NCBI GenBank assembly: GCA_001799675.1
Contig: MGTX01000001.1
Coordinates: 1,602-65,601, forward strand
Direction: 5' to 3'
Origin: Elusimicrobia bacterium GWA2_66_18
Lineage (GTDB): Bacteria > Elusimicrobiota > Elusimicrobia > UBA1565 > UBA9628
Length of the DNA: 64,000 nt
The position numbers and the translations under genes are program-made. This document shows, piece after piece, positions 1 through 8,828 of the stretch; the stretch's first letter is position 1; each line of letters opens with the position of its first letter. The notes beneath the pieces were generated by a model, which was not told where the DNA came from, did not search any database, and worked only from the letters and a program-made list of their open reading frames with translations.

Positions 1-2
1 AG

Positions 3-746
3 AAGGGCAAGACCTACCGTTACTACAAGTGCCTGGCGCAGAGAAACGGGATCTCCGCGCGGTGCTCGTTCGGGAGCGTCAACGCCGATAAGGTCGAGGA
101 ATACTTGATCGAGAAATTGGCGGCGGTGGGTTGGGACCGGGCGTTTTTGGAGAGGGTGACCCGTAAGGCCGATGTTCTTTCCAAGGCCTCGATCCGGCCG
201 CTCGAAAAGGAGAAGCGTGAGGTTGATGACCGGCTCCAGGGCGTTCTGCGGGAAATTCAGGGGCTCTTAAATCTGGCCAAGCAGGGCGGGGCGTCGCGTA
301 ATGCCGCCGAGGAAGTCGGCCGATTGGAAGAGACGAAGCGAACGCTCGAGGCCCACTCGGTCCAACTGGAGGCGCAGCTGGCCTTCAGGAAGCGCGTGGT
401 TTACGACGTTGATGTCGTGCAGGGGGCGCTACAGCGCTTCGCCCGATTCTTCAACAGGATTCCGCTATCGCTACAGGTTCAGATTATCGGGCTGCTGATT
501 CGGGAAGTGATGGTCCGCAAGGACGGGATCGATGTGAAGACGCACGAAATCGCCATCTCCGATTTCCAGCGGGCCCTCGGAGGAAAAAAAGCGGTCGCAT
601 TTGGCCCCCATCAGACATTAAGACGGCGGGAGGCAAATGCGACCGATACTTCAACCCATCCGCAGCCTGTCAAGGGAACAGCGGTGGTTAATTTGCGGCT
701 AAACTGGCGGGGCCGACGGGATTTGAACCCGCGATCTCCGCCTTGA
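3..746 (+). CDS. Large serine recombinase/integrase, C-terminal part (Zn-ribbon + coiled coil); 5' truncated by window
   Basis: Frame open from nt 3: KGKTYRYYKC...RCSFGSVNADKVEEYLIEKL (Zn-ribbon recombinase motif), then coiled coil; last codons overlap the tRNA-Asp 3' end antisense (WRGRRDLNPRSPP). Confidence 0.8.
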   Translation, partial: KGKTYRYYKCLAQRNGISARCSFGSVNADKVEEYLIEKLAAVGWDRAFLERVTRKADVLSKASIRPLEKEKREVDDRLQGVLREIQGLLNLAKQGGASRNAAEEVGRLEETKRTLEAHSVQLEAQLAFRKRVVYDVDVVQGALQRFARFFNRIPLSLQVQIIGLLIREVMVRKDGIDVKTHEIAISDFQRALGGKKAVAFGPHQTLRRREANATDTSTHPQPVKGTAVVNLRLNWRGRRDLNPRSPP

Positions 747-782
747 CAGGGCGGCGTGTTGGGCCAGCTACACCACGACCCC
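705..782 (-). tRNA. tRNA-Asp (GTC), CCA encoded
   Basis: Reverse complement GGGGTCGTGGTGTAGCTGGCCCAACACGCCGCCCTGTCAAGGCGGAGATCGCGGGTTCAAATCCCGTCGGCCCCGCCA folds as a cloverleaf with anticodon GTC. Confidence 0.95.
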
Positions 783-1004
783 AGCCATGTTGAGTATATC
801 ACATTGTCGCGGGAATTTTCTTTCCGCCGATTCAACGGGTGCACCCACTGAAAGTGGCGCGCCTGACCGGGCTTGGCCTGCTTGCTTGATATAGCGCGGT
901 GGGTGGTGGCGGGGATTGGATCGCTCCGGGTGCGAGCGGCACCATAGGCGCCAGGCGAGCAGAGGAGTTCAATAATTTTTTTCACCATTCGCAATGTGTT
1001 TCCC

Positions 1005-1029
1005 TGGGAGGTGACGGTGGGATTTGAAC
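1005..1029 (-). other. tRNA 3'-end fragment (T-loop to acceptor), possible att-site remnant
   Basis: GTTCAAATCCCACCGTCACCTCCCA; the 5' strand of the T-stem and the rest of the tRNA are absent. Confidence 0.5.
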
Positions 1030-1189
1030 TCCGGCACATTGAAATCGGTGGTTTTTTGCCGGCAGGAGGAGATAGCCTCAGTTACCACCAACTCGCCGTT
1101 GGTGATGCGTCCCCAAGTGAGAAACCAGTTCAGTGAAAAAGCAGGGAAAAGATATGCTTTTTCTGGCGCTGGAACAGGTTCGGGGAACT

Positions 1190-2040
1190 GGGCGGTGGTT
1201 TTGTGCCACTGTTGTTCCAGCCAGTTTATCGATAATTCTGCTACCACTGTTCGCTGACCGTGTTTCCCCCGGTTCCGGACAGTGGTCTTTTTTTGACTCC
1301 TCGGGCACTTTACGAATCGCTTTACGTTGACTTTACGCATTCTTCCCTCCCTAGTGTCTGCGCCAGAAGCTCCTTCAATCCCGTGACGGATAGCTCGTTG
1401 AAGTCCAGCTCCACTCGGTCTTTCCACCCGCGAATCCGACGGAGCACCCGAACAACCTTCATCCGCTGCTCCAAAGGCAGGCGCTTGGCGATTCGGCCGA
1501 TCCGCCTGAATACTTTTTGGGCCGAGTCCACGTCATAGCCAGCGTTCTCCAGGCGCCTGATTTCTTCCTCCAGCTTCGTCGTGTGGGACGAGAGCTTCCG
1601 CTCGATCAACTCCAGCCTGCGAATCTCCTCTTCAAGCGCTGCCGCCTTGCAACCTTCCCAGGCTTTCCGGAGATTGCCGAGCTCTTTTTGCGTTTTTGCT
1701 AGGTTTAGATCGAATTATTTTTTCTCCCCGACAAGACCGGCGATATTTCCTCTTGAATGCTTTTCCGTCTCCAGGACAAGACGCTCCAGGAAAGATTTAT
1801 CCCAACCGATCTTTTCCAGTTTTTGGAGAACCATCTCCTCGAGCGGTTCGGCCACGATACTGACGAAGTCGCAGGAAACGGCCGCCCCGTCGACCATGGA
1901 CATGCATCGGCGCGCTCGTGCCGGGCCTACTCGGCCATGAGCTCTTGCGCTTTATTGAAGGCGTCGAACTCGATGATAGGCTGATGCTGCCCCGGATACA
2001 CAGGATCGTGTTATAATGGGCCAAGGAGAATTCTCTATCG
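1190..2040 (-). pseudogene. Degenerate large serine recombinase, paralog of 3..746 (boundaries approximate)
   Basis: Fragments in several frames: YPGQHQPIIEFDAFNKAQELM* (recombinase domain end), SCDFVSIVAEPLEEMVLQKLEKIGWDKSFLERL (cf. EKLAAVGWDRAFLERV), YDVDSAQKVFRR (cf. YDVDVVQGALQR), VVAELSINW (cf. VVNLRLNW); stops and frameshifts. Confidence 0.75.
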
Positions 2041-2132
2041 TAAAATATGGTCTAAGAAACTTCATTCTACAACTGGCGAAGGATTCCCTGTCGTTTTTTC
2101 CCGGACAGAAGTGATTTGATATCATAACAAAC

Positions 2133-2204
2133 GGGCCGTTAGCTCAGCGGTAGAGCGCCCGCCTTACACGCGGGATGCCGCAGGTTCGATCCCTGCACGG
2201 CCCA
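2133..2204 (+). tRNA. tRNA-Val (TAC), CCA not encoded
   Basis: GGGCCGTTAGCTCAGCGGTAGAGCGCCCGCCTTACACGCGGGATGCCGCAGGTTCGATCCCTGCACGGCCCA cloverleaf. Confidence 0.95.
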
Positions 2205-2212
2205 CGCTTTTC

Positions 2213-4408
2213 ATGGCCTTCGAACAGTATCCAGCCGCGCGGCCGCTCGCCCCGGATGTTTGGGGAGGCATGGCCGCTGCCCTGGTGGCCATTCCTTCCG
2301 CAGTCGCCTTCGGCGTGGCCATACTCTCGCCGCTTGGGCCCGAGGCCGCGGCGCGCGGCGCCGCGGCGGGCCTGGCGGGCGCCGCGGCCCTGGGCCTCAT
2401 CACGCCGCTGACGCGCGGTAATCCCATCCTGATCTCGGCGCCGAGTGCCCCCGCCGCGGCGGTCATGGGCGCGCTCGCCGCTGAGTTGGCGGCGGCCGGC
2501 GACGCCGCGGGCCCGGGGAGGTTGTTTCTCGTGGCCCTCATCGCCGGGGTCCTCCAGATCCTCTTCGCGCTCTCGCGGGGAGGGCGGCTCATGAAGTACA
2601 TCCCTTATCCCGTGGTGAGCGGCTACCTCACGGGCGTGGGTGGTCTCATCCTGCTTAAGCAGTTGCCGTCCTTCCTGGGGCTGCCTCAGGGCTCGCGCCT
2701 GGTCCAAGTGTTGGAGCCTTCCCTGTGGCGCGCCGAGGCGCTGGGCGTCGGGTTCACGGCGGTCCTAGGCATGGCCCTCGCCCCGCGCCTGACGAAGCGC
2801 GTACCGGCTACCGTGGCGGGACTGACCGCGGGGATTCTCGCACACGTCCTCTTCGGCCTGCGGCGGCCGGAGATTTTGCAGGTCTGCGGCAACCCGCTCG
2901 TGGTCGGGGCCTTCACGGGGGCTCCGCTCCTGTCCGGCGCCGTGGAGCTCCTGCGGCAGGCCCTCTCGTTCGGGGCCGCGGACTGGAGTGCTGCGGCCAC
3001 GCCCGCTGCGACGCTCGCGATGCTCCTCTCCGTGGACGCGCTCAAGACCTGCGTCGTGACCGACGCGATGACCGGCTCGCGCCACGACGCAGATCGCGTC
3101 CTTGCGGGGCAGGGGGTAGGGAACCTCGTCACGGCCTTCCTGGGAGGCGTGCCCGGCTCGGGAACCATGGGGCCGACTTTGGTCAACGTCACGAGCGGCG
3201 GGACCACGCTTCGTTCGTCCTTGGCTGCGGGCGTCTTCGCCGCCGCGGCGCTTGTGGCCGGCCCCTGGTTTTTGCCGCGACTGCCGCTGGCCGCCCTCTC
3301 CGGCTTGATGGTCGTGGTCGCGGCCCGGATGGTGGACTGGGAGAGCCTGAGCCTCCTGCGCCGGGAGACCACGCGCTTCGATTTCGCGGTGGTCGCGGCG
3401 GTGGTCGTGACGGCCATGGGCATCGGGCTCGTCCAGGCGGCGGGCGTCGGCGTCGGCCTCTCCATACTCCTCTTCTTACGCGAGCAGACGCAGGGGGCGG
3501 TGGTGAGGCGCCTGGGCAACATCGCGCGGTGGCGTTCCAAGCAGGTCCGTCCGCCCGAGGAGAGCGCGGTCCTGGAGGCCGAGGGCGATAAGGTCGTGGT
3601 CGCGGAACTGCAGGGGCCACTCTTCTTTGGCACGGCCGACCAGTTCCTGCGCGAGTTGGAGAGTTGCCTGGCCCACGCCCGCTGGGCCGTGCTCGACTTG
3701 AGCCGCGTGCGCTCCGTGGACTTCACTGCGGCGCATCTCCTCGAGCGCGTGGCCCGCACCCTCGCCGCGCGCGGGGGACGCCTGGTTCTCTGCCGCGTGC
3801 CCGCGGCCTCGCCGACCGGTCAGGACCTCTCGCGCTACCTACGTCATCTGGGCCTGACGGCTGAGGGAGGCTCAGCCCTGATGATGGGCTCCCACGACGA
3901 GGGGCTGGAGTGGGCCGAGGAGCGCCTCCTCGAGGGCCGCCGGACTTCCCGCGCCCCGGACCGCCCCCTAGAGCTCGCCGAGTTTCCGCTCCTGCGCCGG
4001 CGCTCCGCGGACACGCTGGCCGCGCTCACGGCGGCTACCCGGGAGGTCAAGATCCCGGAGGACGGCAGCGTGTTCCGTGCCGGAGACGGGGGAGACGATC
4101 TCTTTCTCGTGCGCCGCGGGCAGGTGCGCGTGGTCCTGCCTCTGGCGGGCCAGGCTGGCCACCACCTGGCGACCTTCGGCCCGGGCGAATCCTTCGGGGA
4201 GGTCGCGTTCCTCGACGGGGGCGTGCGCACGGCCGACGCCGTGGCGCGCGGGGAATGCGAGCTCTACGCCGTTTCCCGCGCGCGCTTTGAGGAGGCGGCC
4301 GACATCCACCCCAAGCTGGCGCGTCAGGTTTTCAGCGACTTGGCGCGCCAGTTGGCCCTGAGGTTGAGGCAGGCCGACGCGGATCTGGGCGCTCTGAAGG
4401 AAAGCTAA
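2213..4408 (+). CDS. SulP/SLC26 anion permease with STAS and cyclic-nucleotide-binding domains
   Basis: Many TMs, MKYIPYPVVSGYLTGVG, GPLFFGTAD/LDLSRV STAS, GESFGEVAFLDGGVRTADA cNMP. Confidence 0.9.
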   Translation: MAFEQYPAARPLAPDVWGGMAAALVAIPSAVAFGVAILSPLGPEAAARGAAAGLAGAAALGLITPLTRGNPILISAPSAPAAAVMGALAAELAAAGDAAGPGRLFLVALIAGVLQILFALSRGGRLMKYIPYPVVSGYLTGVGGLILLKQLPSFLGLPQGSRLVQVLEPSLWRAEALGVGFTAVLGMALAPRLTKRVPATVAGLTAGILAHVLFGLRRPEILQVCGNPLVVGAFTGAPLLSGAVELLRQALSFGAADWSAAATPAATLAMLLSVDALKTCVVTDAMTGSRHDADRVLAGQGVGNLVTAFLGGVPGSGTMGPTLVNVTSGGTTLRSSLAAGVFAAAALVAGPWFLPRLPLAALSGLMVVVAARMVDWESLSLLRRETTRFDFAVVAAVVVTAMGIGLVQAAGVGVGLSILLFLREQTQGAVVRRLGNIARWRSKQVRPPEESAVLEAEGDKVVVAELQGPLFFGTADQFLRELESCLAHARWAVLDLSRVRSVDFTAAHLLERVARTLAARGGRLVLCRVPAASPTGQDLSRYLRHLGLTAEGGSALMMGSHDEGLEWAEERLLEGRRTSRAPDRPLELAEFPLLRRRSADTLAALTAATREVKIPEDGSVFRAGDGGDDLFLVRRGQVRVVLPLAGQAGHHLATFGPGESFGEVAFLDGGVRTADAVARGECELYAVSRARFEEAADIHPKLARQVFSDLARQLALRLRQADADLGALKES

Positions 4409-4438
4409 GGACGGAGGATCGAGGGGGCCGCAGCGACG

Positions 4439-4675
4439 CTACTGACCCTCGGGCTTGGCAGGGGGCGGGAGGGTCTTGCTGAGTGCCTCGAGGCGGGCTT
4501 TGGTTTCCTCCAGGTTCTTCTCGACGGAGGCGAGGAACTTCTTGGCGTAATGGCCCTGGATGTCGTCGGGCTGGTAGTAGGGGATCTCGAACTTCAGGCT
4601 CTCGCGCGTCTGTTCGAGACCCGCGACGAGGCGTTCGAGATACTCGGCCCGTTTGGCCGGATCCTGAGGCTCCAT
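4439..4675 (-). CDS. Small hypothetical helical protein (MEPQDPAK...)
   Basis: 78 aa with GC3-biased codons; ATG preceded by a -10-like tgg-AATAAT. Confidence 0.65.
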   Translation of the reverse strand: MEPQDPAKRAEYLERLVAGLEQTRESLKFEIPYYQPDDIQGHYAKKFLASVEKNLEETKARLEALSKTLPPPAKPEGQ

Positions 4676-4830
4676 AAAATGATTATTCCACATCCAGGCG
4701 ATAACGTCAATCGACCAGGGCCCCCCCAATCCTCGGACAAGCCGTCCCGCTAAAAAATAAAATACCTCGCGTCCCGTCGGCAGGGAACCATCGGTGAAAA
4801 GCGTCAACTTTTCACCCGCGAGGTGAAAAC

Positions 4831-6141
4831 ATGATAGCGCAGCTTGGGTGCGGCTGGAAAGTCGAAAAAACAACCGAGAAGATGACGTCGTTCGCCGGCC
4901 TTCTGCTGCTGACGGAACTAGCCCACCGAAGCAAACTGATCCGAGGCCTGGACGCCGTGCCTGGGATATGGGAGCGCCAGGGAAAATATCGAACTTCGGA
5001 TTACGTGATGAGTCTGGCGTTGACGCTGATCGCTGGAGGCGAGAGCTTAGAGGACACGCGCCTTTTGCGCGAAGATGGCGGGCTGCAAGGCTGGCTGTGG
5101 GAAAACCTTTCCGCGCCCAACAGCCTGGGCGATTTCCTCAGGCGTCATGGCCAGCGCACAATCAGTCGCATGGGGCACGTCAACGCACGCCAAGTCCGGC
5201 GCTTGCTGGCCAAACAACGGCACGGCCACCTGACATTGGACATAGATTCCAGCCTTGTCGAAGCCGACAAGAAAGAGGCGCAGAAGACCTATCAGGGATT
5301 TGACGGCTACAATCCCCTGCTGGCCTGGCTCGATGAGCCGAACGTATTTCTATCGGGCGTATTTCGTCCCGGGAACAGTTCGCCGCAGTCGCACCTGAGA
5401 AGCTTGGTGGCGCAATGTCGGCGCCTGCTGCCGCGAGGCGTGAAACTACGTCTAAGGTCGGATAGCGCTGGCTACAACGCCGAGGTGCTCCGTTACTGCG
5501 ACAAGTATGGCATCGAGTTTTCGATCACGGCGGACCTGGACGTGGCGGTGATGGCGAGCATCGAGGCGATCCCCGATGAGAAATGGCAGCTGGTTGTCCG
5601 GGGCGAGGAGAGCTTCCTTTTGGCGGAGACGGTCCACGTCATGGGGCATCGCTCCAAGCACGAGCGCCTCCCTGCCTTTCGTTTGATCGTGACCAAGAAG
5701 CTGAGCGGGCAACTCGAACTATTTAAGGACCCTGTCAAGCACCGGGCGATCATTGCCGAACTACCCGAGAGCATGGGCGCGCTGGAAGTGCTGGATCATC
5801 ACAACGACCGCGGGCGCATGGAGAAGGCGATCGGCGAGCTCAAGGAAGGCTTCGGACTTGAGCGGCTTCCCTGCGGACAGTTGATGGCGAACGCGGCGTT
5901 TTTGCAAGTGTGCCTGATCGCCTACAACTTGGTGCAGACGTTCAAGTGCGTCGCGCTACCGAAGGGTTGGGAGAAGTTCGAAGTCAAGAATTTACGCTTC
6001 AGGTTGCTGTGCCGCGCGGCCAGGCTTGTGCGCCACGCAGGCTACGTCGTCACCAAGCTGCGGGATTTCGCCTTCTTCGATGTGTTCGAGCAAGCGCGCT
6101 GGGCCGTGATGAGTCCGACGCTCGCGCCCGCCTGTGAATAA
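4831..6141 (+). CDS. IS1380-family DDE transposase
   Basis: TSFAGL, LDIDSS, GYNPL, RPGN, RSDSAGY, HNDRGRMEKAIGELKEG, ANAAFLQ motifs. Confidence 0.9.
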   Translation: MIAQLGCGWKVEKTTEKMTSFAGLLLLTELAHRSKLIRGLDAVPGIWERQGKYRTSDYVMSLALTLIAGGESLEDTRLLREDGGLQGWLWENLSAPNSLGDFLRRHGQRTISRMGHVNARQVRRLLAKQRHGHLTLDIDSSLVEADKKEAQKTYQGFDGYNPLLAWLDEPNVFLSGVFRPGNSSPQSHLRSLVAQCRRLLPRGVKLRLRSDSAGYNAEVLRYCDKYGIEFSITADLDVAVMASIEAIPDEKWQLVVRGEESFLLAETVHVMGHRSKHERLPAFRLIVTKKLSGQLELFKDPVKHRAIIAELPESMGALEVLDHHNDRGRMEKAIGELKEGFGLERLPCGQLMANAAFLQVCLIAYNLVQTFKCVALPKGWEKFEVKNLRFRLLCRAARLVRHAGYVVTKLRDFAFFDVFEQARWAVMSPTLAPACE

Positions 6142-6204
6142 TCGTCCGCGCTAAGAGACGCGCCTGTGGACAGCGGGGACAACTACACCTGGACAGCCTG
6201 GCGT

Positions 6205-6319
6205 CATCCCGAATAACGTCCGGCCGGGTGTGTCGCAGGCCGACCTTGGCCAATCGGGAGGCCGAGACCCAAGCGGCCGCCCTGGCGGACCGCGTCCCGG
6301 ACGGATGTTATTCGGGATG
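6205..6319. repeat. Internal inverted repeat (24-bp arms, 2 mismatches) in IS 3' non-coding region
   Basis: CATCCCGAATAACGTCCGGCCGGG (6205-6228) / CCCGGACGGATGTTATTCGGGATG (6296-6319). Confidence 0.85.
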
Positions 6320-6358
6320 CCGCCCGGGTTCAGAGCTTAGCCGAGGATTGGGGGGGTA

Positions 6359-6703
6359 TTAGAGATAAGGGAGGTAATGGATGTCGCGCAGGTCGTAGGT
6401 CGCGCCCAGGTTGGCGGTGCGCTCGGCCTGCTTGAGAGCCTTGCGCAGGACGGAGACCTTCAGGGTCTTGTCGATGCGGATCGTCACAACCGCCAGCCCC
6501 TTGTCGAAGTCCACCGCGGCCTTCTCGACTTCGGGGATCGTCGACCATTGCGCGGAGATCGCGCGGGCGCAGATCGTGGACAGCATTCCCTGGATCTCTA
6601 TGGAATACCGGCCTGGGGGCAGTTTCGCATAGTCTTTGACGTCCGGGGCCGCGCCGACGGGTGCTGCAAGACAGGCGAACAACGCGAGGGCCGTGAGGTT
6701 CAT
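6359..6703 (-). CDS. Secreted heavy-metal-associated (HMA/MerP-like) domain protein
   Basis: Signal peptide, then IEIQGMLSTICARAI...PEVEKAAVDFDKG ferredoxin-like HMA pattern. Confidence 0.7.
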   Translation of the reverse strand: MNLTALALFACLAAPVGAAPDVKDYAKLPPGRYSIEIQGMLSTICARAISAQWSTIPEVEKAAVDFDKGLAVVTIRIDKTLKVSVLRKALKQAERTANLGATYDLRDIHYLPYL

Positions 6704-6763
6704 CCCGCCTAGCATAGCAGGCGCGCTGACTGCCGTCCATAGGATTTGATAGACTCGCCTAAT

Positions 6764-8170
6764 ATGGACCTGTTTAGGCGGGCTTCGTGGGTCATGATTG
6801 CCGTCGGCTCCCTGCCGACGGGTCTGGCCGGGTGGTGGATCGGCGGCCGGGCCGGTTCTTCTTCACCCTGGATCCTGGCGACGGTCGCGTTCGCCGCGGT
6901 CGTCTCTTCCTTCGGCGCGGTTCTCCTCGTCTGGCGCTGGTTCGTCACGCCCCTTCGTGAACTCGAACGCGGCCTGGAGCGCTGGACTCGGGGGGACCTC
7001 TCCACGCCTCTTGACGAGTCACTGATGGCGGGGTGGCGGAGGCTGGCGCGGCAGTTCGCCCGCGCCCAGATGGACCTCCAGCGCAGCCTCGATGACGCGA
7101 AGTCCGAGTTGGCCATGGAGCGCGCACGTCTTCAGACGCTCGTCGAGAAGCTTCCGGACGCGCTCATCATGACCAACCTACGCGGCGAGGTGGCCTACTT
7201 TAACGGTCCGGCCATGCCCTTGCTCGGCGTCGGCCCGCAGGACGTACGCCCGGGCGGCCGCGCGTTGTTTATGCCCCTCCAGCCCGACCGCTGGCGCATG
7301 CAATTTCAGGCTCTTCTCAAGAAGCATTCCGGGGGGGAGGTCGTCGAGGTCCGCAGGGGCGAGGGGAGCATGGTTTCCTACCGCACGTCGGTCACCATGT
7401 TCAACGCCGCGTCCTCCGGCGATTTCGGCGTCCTTCTGATGCTCCGCGACGTGACGGCGGAACTTAAGCTTGACGCGTTGAAGGAGGATTTCTTCCAGTC
7501 CGCCGCCCACGACCTGCGGGCTCCTCTCTTCGCCATCCAGGGATATCTCCGGCTTCTGCGCAGATCCTTGACCCTGGACGCACGCCAGATCGCCTGGTTC
7601 GAGGCGGTGGAGCAGTCCTGCGATAAGCTCACCCTCCTCGTCAAGGACTCGCTCGACTCGGCTCGCATCGAGAACGGGCGGCTGAAACTGGCGCCTTCGC
7701 CGCTGGACCCGCGCGCCCTGATCCGGCGTACCGTACACCTCTTCGAACCGATGGCCGACGAACGGGGTGTCGCCCTGGAGTGCGTCCTATCGGAGTCGGC
7801 CCCCGCCTCCTTCGAGGCGGACGAGCGCCTCGTTGAGAGACTCCTCCACAACCTCCTGGCCAACGCCATCAAATTCACGCCCCGCGGGGGGCTGGTGCGC
7901 GTGTCGGCCGCCGGGGGTTCCGGCAGCGTCGAATTTGCGGTCACGGACACCGGTCCGGGCATCCCGGAGCACCTGCGCTCCGCCGTCTTCGAGAAGTTCC
8001 GTCAGTTGGACACCGCGGGTCCGCGCTCGGGCTTCGGCCTGGGGCTTGCCATCTGCGCCAAGATCGTGAAGCTGCACGGGGGGCTTATCTGGGTCGAGCC
8101 CGGTCCGGTCTCGGGCTCTTGCTTCATCGCCCGTCTGCCCCTGTCGCAGTCATCCAAGGAGGTCGTCTGA
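6764..8170 (+). CDS. Sensor histidine kinase (2 TM, HAMP, PAS, HisKA, HATPase)
   Basis: AHDLRAPL H-box, NLLANAIKFT N-box, DTGPGI, GFGLGLAI. Confidence 0.93.
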   Translation: MDLFRRASWVMIAVGSLPTGLAGWWIGGRAGSSSPWILATVAFAAVVSSFGAVLLVWRWFVTPLRELERGLERWTRGDLSTPLDESLMAGWRRLARQFARAQMDLQRSLDDAKSELAMERARLQTLVEKLPDALIMTNLRGEVAYFNGPAMPLLGVGPQDVRPGGRALFMPLQPDRWRMQFQALLKKHSGGEVVEVRRGEGSMVSYRTSVTMFNAASSGDFGVLLMLRDVTAELKLDALKEDFFQSAAHDLRAPLFAIQGYLRLLRRSLTLDARQIAWFEAVEQSCDKLTLLVKDSLDSARIENGRLKLAPSPLDPRALIRRTVHLFEPMADERGVALECVLSESAPASFEADERLVERLLHNLLANAIKFTPRGGLVRVSAAGGSGSVEFAVTDTGPGIPEHLRSAVFEKFRQLDTAGPRSGFGLGLAICAKIVKLHGGLIWVEPGPVSGSCFIARLPLSQSSKEVV

Positions 8171-8171
8171 G

Positions 8172-8762
8172 ATGAGAACCGTTCCCGCCGCGCGCTGGCC
8201 CGTCCTCGTTGACTCCTTGCTTCCCGCGAGCCTCGCTGCCGACGCCCTTTCGGTCGTGACGGCGAGTCTGCTCGTCGCCGTGTGCGCCCAGTTCGAGTTC
8301 CGCCTGCCGTTTACTCCCGTACCGATCTCGGGGGGGACGCTGGGGGTCCTGTACGCGGGTGCCTTGCTGGGTTCTCGCCGGGGGGTCTCGGCCGTGGGAC
8401 TTTATCTCTTGGAAGGGGCGGCTGGGCTGCCCGTGTTCTCCGGCGGGGCGGGGGGGGCGCTACACTTCCTCGGACCCACGGGAGGCTACCTCCTGGGCTT
8501 CCCCCTGGGCGCCTTTCTGACGGGCCTCCTGGCGGAGCGGGGCTGGGACCGCACTCCGGCGCGCGCCTTTATCATGATGCTGGCGGGCAGCGTGCCGATC
8601 TTCGCGCTGGGTCTGCTGGGGCTGGCGCGCTTCGTGCCGGGTTCGACGCTCCTCGCTGCGGGTCTCTGGCCCTTCGTGCCGGGAGACTTAGTCAAGGCTG
8701 TGTTCTCCGCGGGCTTGCTGCCGGCTGGACGCCGTCTGCTCGGCTCGCCGCATCGGGGTTGA
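8172..8762 (+). CDS. bioY: Biotin transporter BioY
   Basis: PFTPVPI, GLPVFSGG, GPTGGYLLGF, PFVPGDLVK. Confidence 0.92.
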   Translation: MRTVPAARWPVLVDSLLPASLAADALSVVTASLLVAVCAQFEFRLPFTPVPISGGTLGVLYAGALLGSRRGVSAVGLYLLEGAAGLPVFSGGAGGALHFLGPTGGYLLGFPLGAFLTGLLAERGWDRTPARAFIMMLAGSVPIFALGLLGLARFVPGSTLLAAGLWPFVPGDLVKAVFSAGLLPAGRRLLGSPHRG

Positions 8763-8787
8763 CAGATTCGGACAGGTCCGCTACACT
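8759..8787 (+). promoter_or_regulatory. Sigma70-type promoter for kinase cluster
   Basis: TTGACA-17 nt-TACACT. Confidence 0.7.
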
Positions 8788-8828
8788 GAGCCCCGTCTTA
8801 CCTCTCTTCCAACAGTCTCTCGTTATTA

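Larger units (their letters stand above)
4721..6356 (+). mobile_element. IS1380-family insertion sequence
   Basis: Terminal inverted repeats CCCCCCCAATCCTCGGACAAGC (4721-4742) and GCTTAGCCGAGGATTGGGGGGG (6335-6356), 20/22 match, enclosing a DDE transposase; no clear target duplication. Confidence 0.85.

Noticed and set aside
666..675. CCTGTCAAGG identical to the tRNA-Asp anticodon arm, inverted relative to the tRNA gene
   Set aside because: Only 10 bp and inside coding sequence; insufficient to call an att site
4691..4708. CATCC..ATAACGTC resembling the internal IS arm at 6205
   Set aside because: Short, gapped match outside the TIR; could be chance
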